DNA of 64,000 nt from Mobula hypostoma (taxonomy: Eukaryota), in contig NC_086097.1 in NCBI RefSeq assembly GCF_963921235.1, forward strand, positions 243,662,001 through 243,726,000. The letters are read 5' to 3'. Both the position numbers and the translations under genes were made by a program. The notes beneath the pieces were generated by a model. That model was not told the DNA's origin and ran no database searches. It saw only the letters and a program-made list of their open reading frames with translations. This document shows, piece after piece, positions 38,875 to 51,626 of this stretch. The stretch's first letter is position 1. Each line of letters starts with the position of its first letter.

Positions 38875-40070
38875 AGTGTTTAAGGCTAAATGTCCATTTA
38901 GGAATCGGATGGCAGAGGGGAAGAAGCTGTTTCTGAATCACTGAGTGTGTGCCTTCAGGCCTCTGTACCTCCTACCTAATGGTGACAGTGAGAAAAGGGC
39001 ATGCTCTGGGTGCTGAGGTCCTTAATAATGGACGCTGCCTTTCTGAGACACCGTTCATTGAAGATGTCCTGGGTACTTTGTAGACTGGTACCCAAGATGG
39101 AGCTGACTAGATTTATAACCCTCTGCAGCTTCTTTCGGTCCTGTACAGTGGCCCCATCATACCAGACAGTAATGCAGCCTGTCAGAATTCTCTCCATGGT
39201 ATAACTATAGAAGTTTTTGAGTGTATTTGTTGACATACCAAATCTCTTCAAACTCCTAATGAAGTATAGTCACTGTCTTGCCTTCTTTATAACTGTATAG
39301 AAGTGTTGGGACTAGGTTGGACCTTCAGAGATTTTGACACCCAGGAACTTGGAACTGCTCACTCTCTCCACTTCTGATCCCTCTATGAGGATTGGTGTGT
39401 GTTCCTTCATCTTACCCTTCCTGAAGTCCAAAATCAGTTCTTTCATCTTACTGACATTGAGTGCCAGTTTGTCGCTGCAGCACCACTCTACTAGTTGGCA
39501 TATCTCACTCCTGTACGCCCTCTTGTCACCATCTGAGGTTCTACCAATAATGATTGTATCATCAGCAAATGTATAGATGGTATTTAAGCTATGCCTATCC
39601 ACACAGTCATGTGCATATAGAGAGTAGAGCAGTGGGCTAAGCACACGCCCCTGAGGTGCGCCGGTGTTGATCGTCAGCGAGGAGGAGATGTTATCACCAA
39701 TCCACACAGATTGCAGTCTTCCAGTCAGAAAGTCAAGGATCCAATTGCAGAGGGAGGTACAGAGGCCCAGGTTCTGCAACTTCTCAATCAGGATTGTGGG
39801 AATGATGGTATGAAATGCTGAGCTATAGTCGATGAACAGCATCCTGACATAGGTGTTTGTGTTGTCCAGGTGGTCTAAAGCCGTGTGGAGAGCCATTGAG
39901 ATTGCGTCTGCCGTTGACCTATTGTGGCGATAGGCAAATTGCAACGGTTCCAGGTTCTTGCTGAGAGCAGGAGTTCAGTTGAGTCATGACCAACCTCTCA
40001 AAGCATTTCCTCACTGTTGATGTGAGTGTTACCGATAGTCATTAAGGCAGCTCACATTATTCTTCTTAGG
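38875..40070 (-). mobile_element. Rex1/Babar LINE RT region
   Basis: 210-aa frame [14 protein letters not shown]...LFIDYSSAF...[20 protein letters not shown]. Confidence 0.95.
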
Positions 40071-41341
40071 GATTTATGACAGGGATAAGAGGCTATTTTA
40101 TGAATGTATACTTCCAGGTTGAGTTTAAGAGCTCTCAAATGTAGCAAAGTTATTCAAGGTAAATGGATCTTAGTTACATAAGCACACCACCCAACACAGG
40201 GAGAAAACAAACTTTACCAGCCTGATAAAATCTATTAAACTGGAGATATATAAGATTTCCCTTCAGTGAACAGAGTGCTCTGAATGTCAACTGTTTATTC
40301 ATTTCTATAGACGCTGCCTGACCTGCTAAGTGCCTCCAGCATTTTGTGTGTATTGCTGAAAATTTTGTGTGTGTTACCATCAAATTTCAGGAGATCAATT
40401 ATTTTTGAGTGAGAACTGTAAATATTGTGATACTCGAAGTATTGTACTTCTCAAGGTCATCTCAAGGCTTTTCATTGATCTATTCTAGTCATTACTGCAC
40501 CAGAGAGCACATTTCCGAGCGTATTTTTAGCTGAGCTTTCAACAATGTTACTCTGCCAAAGTGGCAGAAATCTAGAGCAGATTCAGGACAACTTGAATGA
40601 CCAGACTTCCACAGGAGGCGATCTAAATATTTCAACAATCTCATTCTCTCAGAAGAAGTGAAACTAAACTGTTATAATTTGGTTTCCGGTAAGATGGCAG
40701 TGCACCCAGTCACAGCAGCCTTGCTGGGTCCATGCAAGGGTTCGTCGTGTTGTAAACTTTAAAAATTGTTATCCTTTGTGACTTTATAATGATAACAAGA
40801 CACTGCTGGATATAAAGAAAATCCGGTACTGCAGGTCCACCGCACCAGCGAGTTGCTGGACAGTAGTGGAGCTGGACTTGTGGACTGTGGTGCAGCCTGG
40901 TTCAGACACCCAGGAAAAGAGGCATCAGAGGAGGTGTGTGATCCACTGGGCGGTGCGGATGATTGTCTTGAATGTTTTCCTTGTAATCGCAAGACCCTAT
41001 TGGATATTGGTAATGCAGAATAGTGTGAGTCCGATTCACTAGCTCATTGGGAAGACCGATGGCTGGGGTGCTGTGTTGCCTCGGCTGTGGCATGGACCAT
41101 GCCTCATTCATGACCCAGGGCCGCCAAGGAAGGAAGCTGTGCCGCTGTATTCCATACTGGGTTTTGCAGAGGAGAAGGGCTGGCCACTCCCATTGGTGCT
41201 GCCCTCCAGTGTTCACTCAGTGCAAAACAAGCTGGGTTGCATTCATCTGCAGCAGCACTAGCACATGGCGTGAAACTGTTGTGGACTCTTTCTTGCAGAA
41301 ACATGGCTGCAGGACAGTATCCATGTACCAGCAATCTACAA

Positions 41342-42510
41342 CAGCGGTCCTCAACCACCGGGCCGCGGACCAGTACCGGGCTGCGAGGAAACAATATGAT
41401 TTGGCGATATGAAATGGTATGAGTCAGTGGCACTTTTCCTCATTCCCTGTCACGCACTGTTGAACTTGAACGCATGCGAGGTCATTGCCCGCGCATCATC
41501 CATGTCAGTGTGGGAAGATAATCAACTCCTCCAGCTTGCAAATGATGGCGGGCTGAGAAGTATGTTTGACATAACATCTCTGCCGGCATTCCAGATCAAG
41601 ATCAAGGCTGAATATCCTGAGATAGCCACGAAAGCACTGAAAACATTGCTCCCATTTCCAACATATCTCTGCAATGAATGCAACGAAAACTAAATTGCGG
41701 AATAGACTGGACATAAGGAACCCCCTTCGACTATCGCTGTCTCCTATCACCCTTCAATGGCACCGTCTTGTTGCAGGGAAACAAGCCCAGGGCTCCCACT
41801 GATTCAGCAAATATTGGTGTGTTGCAATGATTTTATATGTTCATACGGGGAAAATATGTGCTGTGTGTTTAATATCCAAACGTTACTTAAAATGTTATGA
41901 AGCTATTGACTTATAAGTGACTTGTATAGCCATATAACAATTACAGCACGGAAACAGGCCATCTCTGCCCTTCTAGTCTATGCCGAACGCTGCTCTCACC
42001 TCGTCCCACTGACCTGCACTCAGCCCATAAACCTCCATTCCTTTCCTGTCCATATACTTATCCAATTTTTCTTTAAATGATAATATCGAACCTGCCTCTA
42101 CCTCTTCTACTGGAAGTTCGTTCAACACTTACTTCAAGGTCCCCTGTCCTCCCCGATAATTGACTTATCACTATATTCATGTGAGGAAAATATGCGCTGT
42201 GTGTTTAATATTAAATTCGTTAGATAAACCCTTTTAGAAACGAAATTGAGTGTATTAGCCACTTATCACCTATATTCCGGTCGTGATTAACCCCGCCCCC
42301 CCCCCCCAGACAGAATCGCCAAAACCGCATGCGCACTGGTACCTGCACAAGGCTTCATGGTCATGGTAGTCTTCCTCGGGGTAAACCCAACGTATTTGAC
42401 TGCTACTCTTGTCCGTTGGCAACCCTACCCCCCACCCCCGGTCAGCCGGTCCGCAAGAATATTGTCAATGTTAAACCAGTCCGCAGTGCAAAAAAGGTTG
42501 GGAACCCCTG
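41342..42510 (+). mobile_element. Internally deleted hAT (Charlie/Buster-like) transposon
   Basis: TIRs cagcggtcctcaacc / ggttgggaacccctg; 8-bp TSD atctacaa/atctacag; C-terminal remnant EYPEIATKALKTLLPFPTYLC...TKLRNRLDI...KQAQGSH*; a CR1 tail is inserted at ~41927-42125. Confidence 0.9.
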
Positions 42511-42838
42511 ATCTACAGGGCATGATACTCAGGGACTTGAGCTACAGTATATTACTATTTTGAGCAACTGTTTGTTTTTCTGCTATCATAATTATATGTG
42601 CTATGCGCTGTGTGTTGATGGCACTGTGCTTTGCACCTTGGCACTGCAGGTACGCTGTATTCATGTGTATGGTTGAATAACAAATCCGAACTTTAACTTG
42701 AAAGCGTGGAGAATTTGTTAAGAGCTGGAATCAGACCATTAATGTAGTCCTTTCTCATAAGTCAAATACACTCTGAATGAGATAAAATAAAGATTATTTT
42801 ATTGAATGAAGATAAAATAAAGATTACCCCCGGATGTG

Positions 42839-43345
42839 CAGTACTGTGCAAAAGTATGAGCCACGTATATACTCCTAGGGTACTTTTGCACAGCACTGTA
42901 GTAATTTTATGTATTGCTCTGTACTGCTGCCACACAAGAAGAAAACCAAATGTCATGACATACAGGTATGTGAGTGATGATAAACCCGATTCTGATGTGG
43001 GTCGCTGTTGTGGACTGAGAGTGGGAAGAGGGCAGGGAGAGGGGATTCATGGTTGGGAAAGGGGGGAGGGAGTGGGAGACACCAGAAAGACATTCTGTAT
43101 TGTTCAATAAACCAATCGTTTGTAATCAGATGACCTTGCCTGGTGTCTCAGGGCTGGTCGTGTCTGCACCCATGCCACGCTATCCCTGCCCTGGCACTCC
43201 ATCTGGCAGCTGTCCAACACCCCTCCCGTGGCGCTCCACCCTCGCTATTCCTAACATCCTTTGCTACCGCCAGATTTACAAACTCACTCTCCACTTCACG
43301 TTGACAAATACAGTACTGTGGAAAATTCTTAGGCACACTAGCTAG
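42839..43345. mobile_element. Composite Tc1-type MITE, second copy
   Basis: Hairpin cagtactgtgcaaaagt...acttttgcacagcactg, cargo homologous to 19840-20250, then cagtactgtggaaaattcttaggcac (right hairpin incomplete). Confidence 0.7.
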
Positions 43346-44019
43346 TGTGTGTATGTACATAAGAATCTCAACCCAGGGACCATACTCATCCCTTTCCATA
43401 ATTACCTTGAAACTAATGGCATTGTCCAAAGCTCCAACCTTGTGCTGACTGGTGTTTAGAAGAATAAGGGGGGATCTCATTGGAAACTATTGATTATTGA
43501 AAGCTGATGTGGAGAGGATGTTTCTTATAGTGGGGGAGTCAAGGAAACGAGGGTACAAACTCACAACAATAAGAATGTTCCTGTGGAACAGAGGTGAGGA
43601 GGAATTTCTTAGCCAGAGTTCCCAGGAATGAAAGACTCACAAATGGGACACTATTTCCAGGCACTGCCTTTGGAAGAGACTAAGATTGCAAGTGATCACT
43701 GGGAGTTGTATGACATTTGCAAAGTGTTATTGGGACAGTGGGAGTGTTTGAGGCAGCATCCCAGGTGTGGGACGGTGATCACAGGAAGCTGCCAGAAGTG
43801 TGGCTTTACTCACAAGGCATCCCAAGTGTGAAAATGTGTTCAAAGAGTCAGCAGGAACTGGGACAGAGAGTCATCACTAACATCACTGTGTTCAAACTTC
43901 AAAGTAAGTTTATTATCAAGGACCGTATATGTAAAAATACATTTTCTTGTGGGCATTCACTGTAGATTCAAAGAATCAAATAGAATCAAAAAATAACTAC
44001 TCACAAAGATTGATAAGCA

Positions 44020-45187
44020 ACATAAGAATATAAGAAATCGGAACAGGAGTCAGCCATCTGGCCCGTCGAGCCTGCTCTAGCATTCAATAAGGTCATGGCT
44101 GATCTGGCCATAGACTCACCTCCACCTACCTGCCTTTTCCTCATAACCCTCAATTCCCCTGCTATGCAAAAATCTGTTCAACCTTGTCTTAAATGTATTT
44201 ACTGAGGTAGCCTCCACTGCTTCATTGGGCAGAGAATTCCACAGATTCACCACTCTCTGGGAAAAGCAGTTCCTCCTCATCTCCATCCTAAATCTACTCC
44301 CCCGAATCTTGAGGTTATGTCCCTTAGTTCTAGTCTCACCTATCAGTGGAAACAACTTTCCTGCCTCTATCTTATCTATCCCTTTCATAATTTTACATGT
44401 TTCTATAAGATCTCCTCTCATTCTTCTGAATTCCAGCGAGTACAGTCCCAGGCAACTCAATCTCTCCTCATAGTCTAAAACCCTCTTCTCTGGAATCAAC
44501 CTGGTGAACCTCCTCTGCACTGCCTGCAAAGCCAGTATATCCTTCCTCAAGTATGGAGACCAGAGCAGCACACAGTGCTCCAGGTGCGGCCTCACCAGTA
44601 CCCTGTATAGTTGCAGCATGACCTCCCTGCTCTTCAATTCAATCCCTCTAGCAATGAAGGCCAACATTCCATTTGCCTTCTTGATAGCCTGTTGCACCTG
44701 CAAACCAACCTTTTGTGATTCATGAACAAGCACTCCCAAATCTCTCTGCACAGCAGCATGCCGTAACTTTTTACCAGTTAAATAATAATCTGATCTTCCA
44801 TTTTCCCTTCCAAAGTGGATGACCTCGCATTTACCAACATTGTACTCCATCTGCCAGACCCTTGCCCACTCACTTAACCTATCTATATCTCTCTGCAGAC
44901 TCTCTGTATCTTCTATACGATATGCTTTTCCACTCAATTTAGTACCATTGGCAAACTCAGATACATTACACTCAGTCCCCTCTTCCAGATTGTTAATGTA
45001 TATCATGAACAGTTGCGGTCCCAGCACCGACCCCTGCAGCACATCGCTCACCACTGATTGCCAGCCAGAGTAGCACCCATGTATCCTAACTCTCTGCTTT
45101 CTATTAGTTAACCAATCCTCTGTCCATGCTAATACATCACCCCAACTCTATGCATCCTTATCTTATGGGTAAGCCTTTTATATGGCA
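44020..45187 (-). mobile_element. CR1 LINE 3' portion with a 312-aa open frame
   Basis: QGSVLGPQLF...LERVQ-like region; the catalytic FADD motif is altered to FANG. Confidence 0.95.
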
Positions 45188-45269
45188 AAGAGCAAACAAA
45201 GAAGAAGAGTGCAAATATATAAAGAAAACAATTAATTAATTACTAATACTAAGAAAATGAAATGTGTGT

Positions 45270-47575
45270 TGGGTTAGGTTGGCAGATTCTGGATTCTTGA
45301 TTTGGTGTGGTGCAATGAGAGCTTAAGGTAAATGAAATCACAGGAGCAAGTGATCATATTATGATTGGATTCACCTGAAATTTGAGAAGGATAAGCTAAA
45401 GTCAGATGTATCAGTACTACAGAGGTGTAAAGGGAAACTCGGAGGCATGAGAGAGGAGTTGGCCAGATATGATTGTAAAAGAACACTGGCAGAGATGATC
45501 ACAGAGCAGCAATTGCTGGAATTTCTGGAAGTAATTTGGAACACAAAGGATATATACATCCCAAAGAGGAAGAAGTATTCTAAAGGAAAGGTGACAAAAC
45601 CATGGCTAACAAGAGAAGTCAACATAAAAGAAGCCAACATAAAAGCCAAAGAGAGGGCGTATAATACAGGAAAAATATGTAGGAATTTAAAGGATTGGAA
45701 AGCTTTTAAAAACCAACAGAAGGCAACCAAAAAAGTCATTAAGGTAAAGCTGGAATACGAAAGAAATCTAGCCAATAATATTAAAGAGGAAACCAAAAGT
45801 TTCTTCAGATTCATAAAGTGTAAAAGATAGGCAAAAGTGGATATTGGGCTGTTGGGAAACAATGCTGGAAAGGTTGTAATAGGGGACAAAGAAATGGAGG
45901 ACAAACTGAATAAGTATTGTGCATCAGTCTTCACCATGGAAGACACTAGCAAGTACTGTATGGTGGAAGTTCCAGGTGTCAGGGAGCATGAAGTTAACAT
46001 AACTAGACAGAAGGTTCTGGGGAACTGAAAGGACTGAAGGTGGGTAAGTCACCTCGACCAGATGGTGTACACCCCAGAGTCCTGAAAGAGGTGGCTGAAG
46101 AGATTGTGGAGGTATTAGTAATGATCTTCCAAGAATCACTAGATTGTGGAATGGTTCTAGAGACTGGAAAATTCCAAATGGCACTCCACTCCTCAAGATG
46201 GGAGAGAGGCAGAAGAAAGGAAACTATAGACCAGCTTTTGAGAAGATGCTGGAGTTGATTATTAAGCATGAAGTCTCAGAGTAATTGGACATACATGATA
46301 AAATAGGTCATAGTCAGCATGGTTTCTTCAAGGAGAAATCTTGTCTGAGAAATCCGTTTGAATTCTTTGAAGAAATAACAAGCAAGATAAACAATGGAGA
46401 ATCGGTTGATGCTGTGTACTTGGATTTTCAGAAGGTCTGTAACAAGGTGCAGAACTGCTTAACAAGCTACAAGCCCATGGTTTTATAGGAAATATTCTAG
46501 CATAAATAAAGCAGTGGCAGGATGCAAAGAGTAGAAATAAAAGGAGCCTTTTCTGACTGGTTGCCTGTGACTAGTGGTGTTCCATAGGGGTCTGTGTTGG
46601 GACCAATTCTTTTTATGTTATATGTCAATGATATGGATAATGGAATTGATGGTTTTGTTGTGAAGTTTGCAGACGATATAAAGACAGGTGGAGGGGCAGG
46701 TAGTTTTGAGGAAGTAGAGAGGCTACAGAAGGACCTAGACAGATTAGGAGAATGGGCAAAGAAATGGCAGATGGAATATAGTGTCAGAAAATGTATGGTC
46801 ATGCACTTTGGTAGAAGAAATGAAAGTGTTAACTATTTTCTAAATGGCGAAAAAATACAAAAAAACTGAGGTGCAAAGGGACTTGGGAGTCCTTGTCCAG
46901 GATTCTCTAAAGGTTAATTTGCAGGTTGAATCTGTGGTGAGGAAGGCAAATGCAATGTTAGCATTCATTTCAAGAGGACTAGAATATAAAAACAATGATG
47001 TAATGTTGAAACTTTGTACAGAAATGGTGAGGCTTTACTTGGAGTATTGTGCACAGTTTTGGGTCGCTTATCTTAGAAAGGATGTTTAGAAATTGGAGAG
47101 GGTTCAAAGGAGGTTCACCAAAATGATTCCAGGATTGAATGGCGTGTCATATGAAGAGTGTTTAATGGCTCTAGGCCTGTATTCACTGGAATTCAGAAGA
47201 ATGCGGGCTGACCTCATTGAAACCTATCGAATGGAGAAAGACCTTTATACAGTGGGTGTGGAGAGGATGTTTCCTATGGTGGGGGAGTCTAGGACCAGAG
47301 GACACAACCTCAGAATAGAGGGACTTCCTTTTAAAATGGAGATGAGGAGGAATTTCTTTAACCAGTGAGTGGTGAATCTGTGGAATTCTTTGCCACGGGC
47401 AGCTGTGGAAGCCAAGTCTATGCATATTTAAGGCGGAGGTTGATTAGTCAGGATATGAAGGGATATGGGGAGAAAGCAGGAGGTTAGGTCTGAGAGGAAA
47501 ATGGGTCAGTTATGGCTGAAATAGTAGACTTGATGGGCCAAATGGTCTGGTTCTGCTCCTATATCTTATGGTCTT
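45270..47575 (+). mobile_element. Degraded CR1 LINE (linker, RT, tail)
   Basis: KSP.PDGVHPRVLKE, QHGF, YLDFQK, FADDIK and ERVQRRFTKMIPG motifs. Confidence 0.95.
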
Positions 47576-48411
47576 ACCCCAAGATCAACCTAACCCTTCC
47601 CTTCCACATAGCCCTCCTTTTTCCTTTCATCTGTGTGCCTAGCTAAGAGTCTGTTAAATGTCCTTAATAAATGTGCCTGTACCGTTGTCCCCAGCAGTGT
47701 GTTCTACACACCTAGCACCTCTGTGTAAAAAAACTTACCTCTGACATTCCCCCCAATACCTTCTTCCCAACACCTCACATCGGCCATTTCCATCCTGGGA
47801 GAAAGTCTCTGGCCATTTCTGCCCTTGGAACAGATTTTCCTTTCAAGGGTGTTTACGTTTCCATACCATACATACTTGGAATATTGTGTTAATTTCTGGT
47901 CACCTCATTTAAGGAAGGATGTGGAGAGGGTGCAGAGGAAGTTTAGCAGGATGCTGCCTGGATTAGAGAGCATATCTCGTGAGCAAAGGTTGAGCAACCT
48001 AGGGCTTTCCTCCTTGGAGTAAAGGACTCTTAGTATTATCAAGGATCTCACCCATCCGTCCAGCATCCTCTTTGACTTTCTACCATCAGGCAGGAGACTC
48101 TGAGGCATAAAGACAAGAATGGTCAGGATGGGAAACAACTTCTTCCCTCAGGCCATTAGGATTCAGAACTCCCTACTGTGTTGCATTTGAAGTGTGACTG
48201 GATAACTTCTACTGTACCTTACAATATTTAATTTATGCACTTCATTTATGCGAAATTCATTTGTAGGTTTAAGATATACTTTCATAAGTTATCGTGTGTT
48301 ATATGTGAGTTAGGTGTAAGACTGCTTTTACACCCTGGTTTAGAGAAATGTTGTCTCATTTCCCAGTATACGTGTACATAGGTAAATGACAATAAACTTG
48401 ACTAAACTACC

Positions 48412-49870
48412 TCTTGGCAAGAGGAACCAAGGTAGGCCTCACAAGAGGTTCTAAGGTCGTATGAAAGCTAACATCGCATATGCTGGACTTACTCCAAAAC
48501 AAAGTTCAGAGTAAATTTATTGTCAGAAGTATGTAAACTGCACACAACCTTAAGATTCATCGTCTTGCAGGCAGCCACAAAACAAAGAAACACAATAGAA
48601 TTTATGAAAAACCCCACACAACAAAGACAGTCAAATATCCACTGTGTAATTATGAAAGAACAAATCATGCAAACAATAAAAAAATGCAGACAAACTATCC
48701 ACAGAACATGAATTGCAGAGTCTGCAAAAGTGAGTGCACAGCCAGAGAGCCAGTTCAGCACTGAGGCACGTGCCAATGTTTGTAGGTCACAGCTGCTCTA
48801 TTAAATCTGCATTGGGGGGGAGTGTTGATGTTTGTAGGCCCCAGATGCAGAGTCATTTCAGTGCTGAGGGGAGTGTCGATGGTTGTAGGCCCCAGATGCA
48901 GAGTCATTTCAGTGCTGAGGGGAGTGTCGATGGTTGTAGGCCCCAGATGCAGAGTCATTTCACTACTGAGGGGAGTGTCGATGGTTGTAGGCCCCAGGTA
49001 CAGAGTCATTTCAGTGCTGAGGGGAGTTTCGATGGTTGTAGGCCCCAGGTACAGAGTCATTTCACTACTGAGGGGAGTGTCGATGGTTGTAGGCCCCAGG
49101 TACAGAGTCATTTCAGTACTGAGGGGAGTTTCGATGGTTGTAGGCCCCAGATGCAGAGTCATTTCAGTGCTGAGGGGAGTGTCGATGGTTGTAGGCCCCA
49201 GATGCAAAGTCATTTCACTACTGAGGGGAGTGTCGATGGTTGTAGGCCCCAGGTACAGAGTCATTTCAGTGCTGAGGGGAGTTTCGATGGTTGTAGGCCC
49301 CAGGTACAGAGTCATTTCAGTGCTGAGGGGAGTGTCGATGGTTGTAGGCCCCAGGTACAGAGTCATTTCAGTGCTGAGGGGAGTGTCGATGGTTGTAGGC
49401 CCCAGGTACAGAGTCATTTCAGTACTGAGGGGAGTTTCGATGGTTGTAGGCCCCAGATGCAGAGTCATTTCAGTGCTGAGGGGAGTGTCGATGGTTGTAG
49501 GCCCCAGATGCAGAGTCATTTCAGTGCTGAGGGGAGTGTCGATGGTTGTAGGCCCCAGGTACAGAGTCAGTTCAGCAGAGAGGCAAGAGAAGCAAGTGGA
49601 GTAAAGGAGCTGGAACAGTGCACATAGGACCGGATTGGATGGTGTGCCTTGGTAAGACTCGTCCATGACAACATTGAGGAGGGGCATCATGCAGAGCCGT
49701 TGGCTGGCAGAGCGCGACGGAAAGCCTCTGCAGCAATTCCTCCGGCTGACTCAGGACAGATCCCCTGCCCTCACTGCGAATGTGCTTGCTGCTCAGGACT
49801 TGGATGCGACAGCCACCTTCAGTCCATAACAGATGAAGTGCACAAGGACAACCGTCATCATTGGATGCAA
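48412..49870 (+). mobile_element. RTE LINE 3' fragment split by a LINE tail and a minisatellite
   Basis: RNQGRPHKRF...AGLTPK (48420-48499) continues as KELEQC.DRIGW...CPHC...GLG..SHL (49604-49825). Confidence 0.65.
48818..49582. repeat. 51-bp minisatellite, ~15 copies
   Basis: Unit gggagtgtcgatggttgtaggccccagatgcagagtcatttcagtgctgag, head-to-tail with no spacers. Confidence 0.97.
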
Positions 49871-50177
49871 TTTCTTAGTTTTATCGATGTGACAGAGCCC
49901 ATGTCTTAGAGCACAGAGTGGCCCGATACTTGGATGATTTATATACTGGTTTGAAAAGGCAGGGTGTCGGGATCTGAGGCATGGGTTGCTGAAGTTCTAC
50001 TCACCCCTCCATGACGTTCACTCCACTCTTCGCTGCACAGAAGCTCAGGCTGTGGACTGCTCCGACTGCTTCAGGCTCCAAGACGTTTGCTCCGCTATAC
50101 ACTGTACTGAGGCTGAGGCTGAGGAACGTGCACCTCTGGCTGCTCCAGGCTTCACGTCTGTGGACTCACTTTTGTTC

Positions 50178-51102
50178 TACATAAGAACATAAGAAATTGG
50201 AGCAGCAGTAGGCCATCCGGCCCATCGAGCCTGCCCTGCCATTCAGTAAGATCATGGCTGATCTGTCCGTAAACTCAGCTCCATCTACCTGCCTTTTCCA
50301 GCAGAAGTGGTTGAGGCAGGTTCAATGTTGTCATTTAAAGTTAAATTGGACAGCTATATGGACAGGAAAGGAATGGAGGGTTACGGGCTGAATGCAGGTC
50401 GGTGGGACTAGGTGGGAGTAAGAGTTCAGCACGGACTAGAAGAGCCGAGATGGCCTGTTTCCGTGCTGTAATTGTTATATGGTTTTCCCCATAACCCTTA
50501 ATTCCCTTACTCTGTAAAAACCTATCTACCTGTATCTTAAATATATTTAGTGAAGAAGCCTCAACTGCTTCCCTGGGCAGAGAATTCCACAGATTCATCA
50601 CTCTCTGGGAAAAACAGTTTCTCCTCATCTCCGTCCTAAATCTTCTCCCCGAATCTTGAGGCAATGTCTCCTGGTTCTAGTCTCACCTACCAATGGAAAC
50701 AACATTCCTACTTCTATCTTATCTATCCCTTTCAAAAATTTGTATGTTTCTATAAGATCCCCTCTCTTTCTTCTGAATTCCAGAGAGTATAGTCCCCGGC
50801 GACTCAATCTCCCCTCATAGGTTAACCCCTTCATCCCTGGAATCAACCTGGTGAACCTCCTCTGCACTGCCTCCAAAGCCAGTATATCCTTCCTCAAGTA
50901 TGGAAACCAGAACAGCACACAGTACTCCAGGTGCGGTCTCATCAGTACCCTGTATAGTTGCAGCATGACCTCCCTGCTCTTCAATTCAATCCCTCTAGCG
51001 ATGAAGGCCAACATTCTGTTTGCCTTCTTAATAACCTGTTGTACCTGCAAGTCAATTTTTTGCGCTTCATAAACAAGCATTCCCAAGTCCCTCTGCACAA
51101 CA
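50178..51102 (-). mobile_element. CR1 LINE 3' portion with a plus-strand CR1 tail nested at ~50300-50482
   Basis: Closely similar to the 44020-45187 copy; ttttcc is duplicated around the nested tail. Confidence 0.9.
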
Positions 51103-51378
51103 GCTATTTGCTTACTTTTATTGTTTGCATGATATTTTCTCCATCTCTCTGCACATTGGCTGTTTGTCAGTCTTCTAGTTTTATGGGTTCTTTGGGGTTT
51201 CTTATTTTGTGGCTGCCTGTAAGGAGACGAATCTCAAGATTATATAATGTATACATACTTTGATAATAAATGTACTTTGAACTTTGAGGCAGTTAGACAG
51301 AAGCACACAAGCAGGCATAAAGTGAAAATGAACCAAATGTAATTAAGAGGGATCAGAGGGATTTGACTTTCAGGCCTC

Positions 51379-51626
51379 TTCCTCCATCATTATCGAACCT
51401 GTGAATCTGGGCAAGGAATTTGAGACGGGAGACGGGAAACAAAGGGTATGTTTCTGTACTGCAGTGCTCAATGACTCTGTGACTCTAAAATCTTCAGAGT
51501 TAGATTGTGAAAATCTAGAGAAAGGAATATATGGTTGCTGTAACTTGTCTATCAGATATAATCAGAAACTTGCCATTGGTAATGAATCCCTTGACCGGAC
51601 TCACAGATTCGATAATGACAAAGGAA
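51379..51626. repeat. 42-bp imperfect inverted repeat with a 164-bp spacer
   Basis: Arms 51379-51420 and 51585-51626 match at 34/42 positions as reverse complements. Confidence 0.85.

Noticed and set aside
40489..40661. Short open frame in unique DNA
   Set aside because: About 57 codons, open on both strands, with no motif; expected by chance.
41409..41801. Domesticated ZBED/Buster-type gene
   Set aside because: Only a frameshifted C-terminal remnant lying between TIRs with an 8-bp TSD.
44116..45054. 312-aa ORF as a functional reverse transcriptase
   Set aside because: It is a 5'-truncated CR1 fragment and the catalytic FADD reads FANG.
48818..49582. CRISPR array or repeat-protein gene
   Set aside because: The units are contiguous with no unique spacers, there are no cas genes and the context is eukaryotic. 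The long ORFs follow from the 51-bp period.
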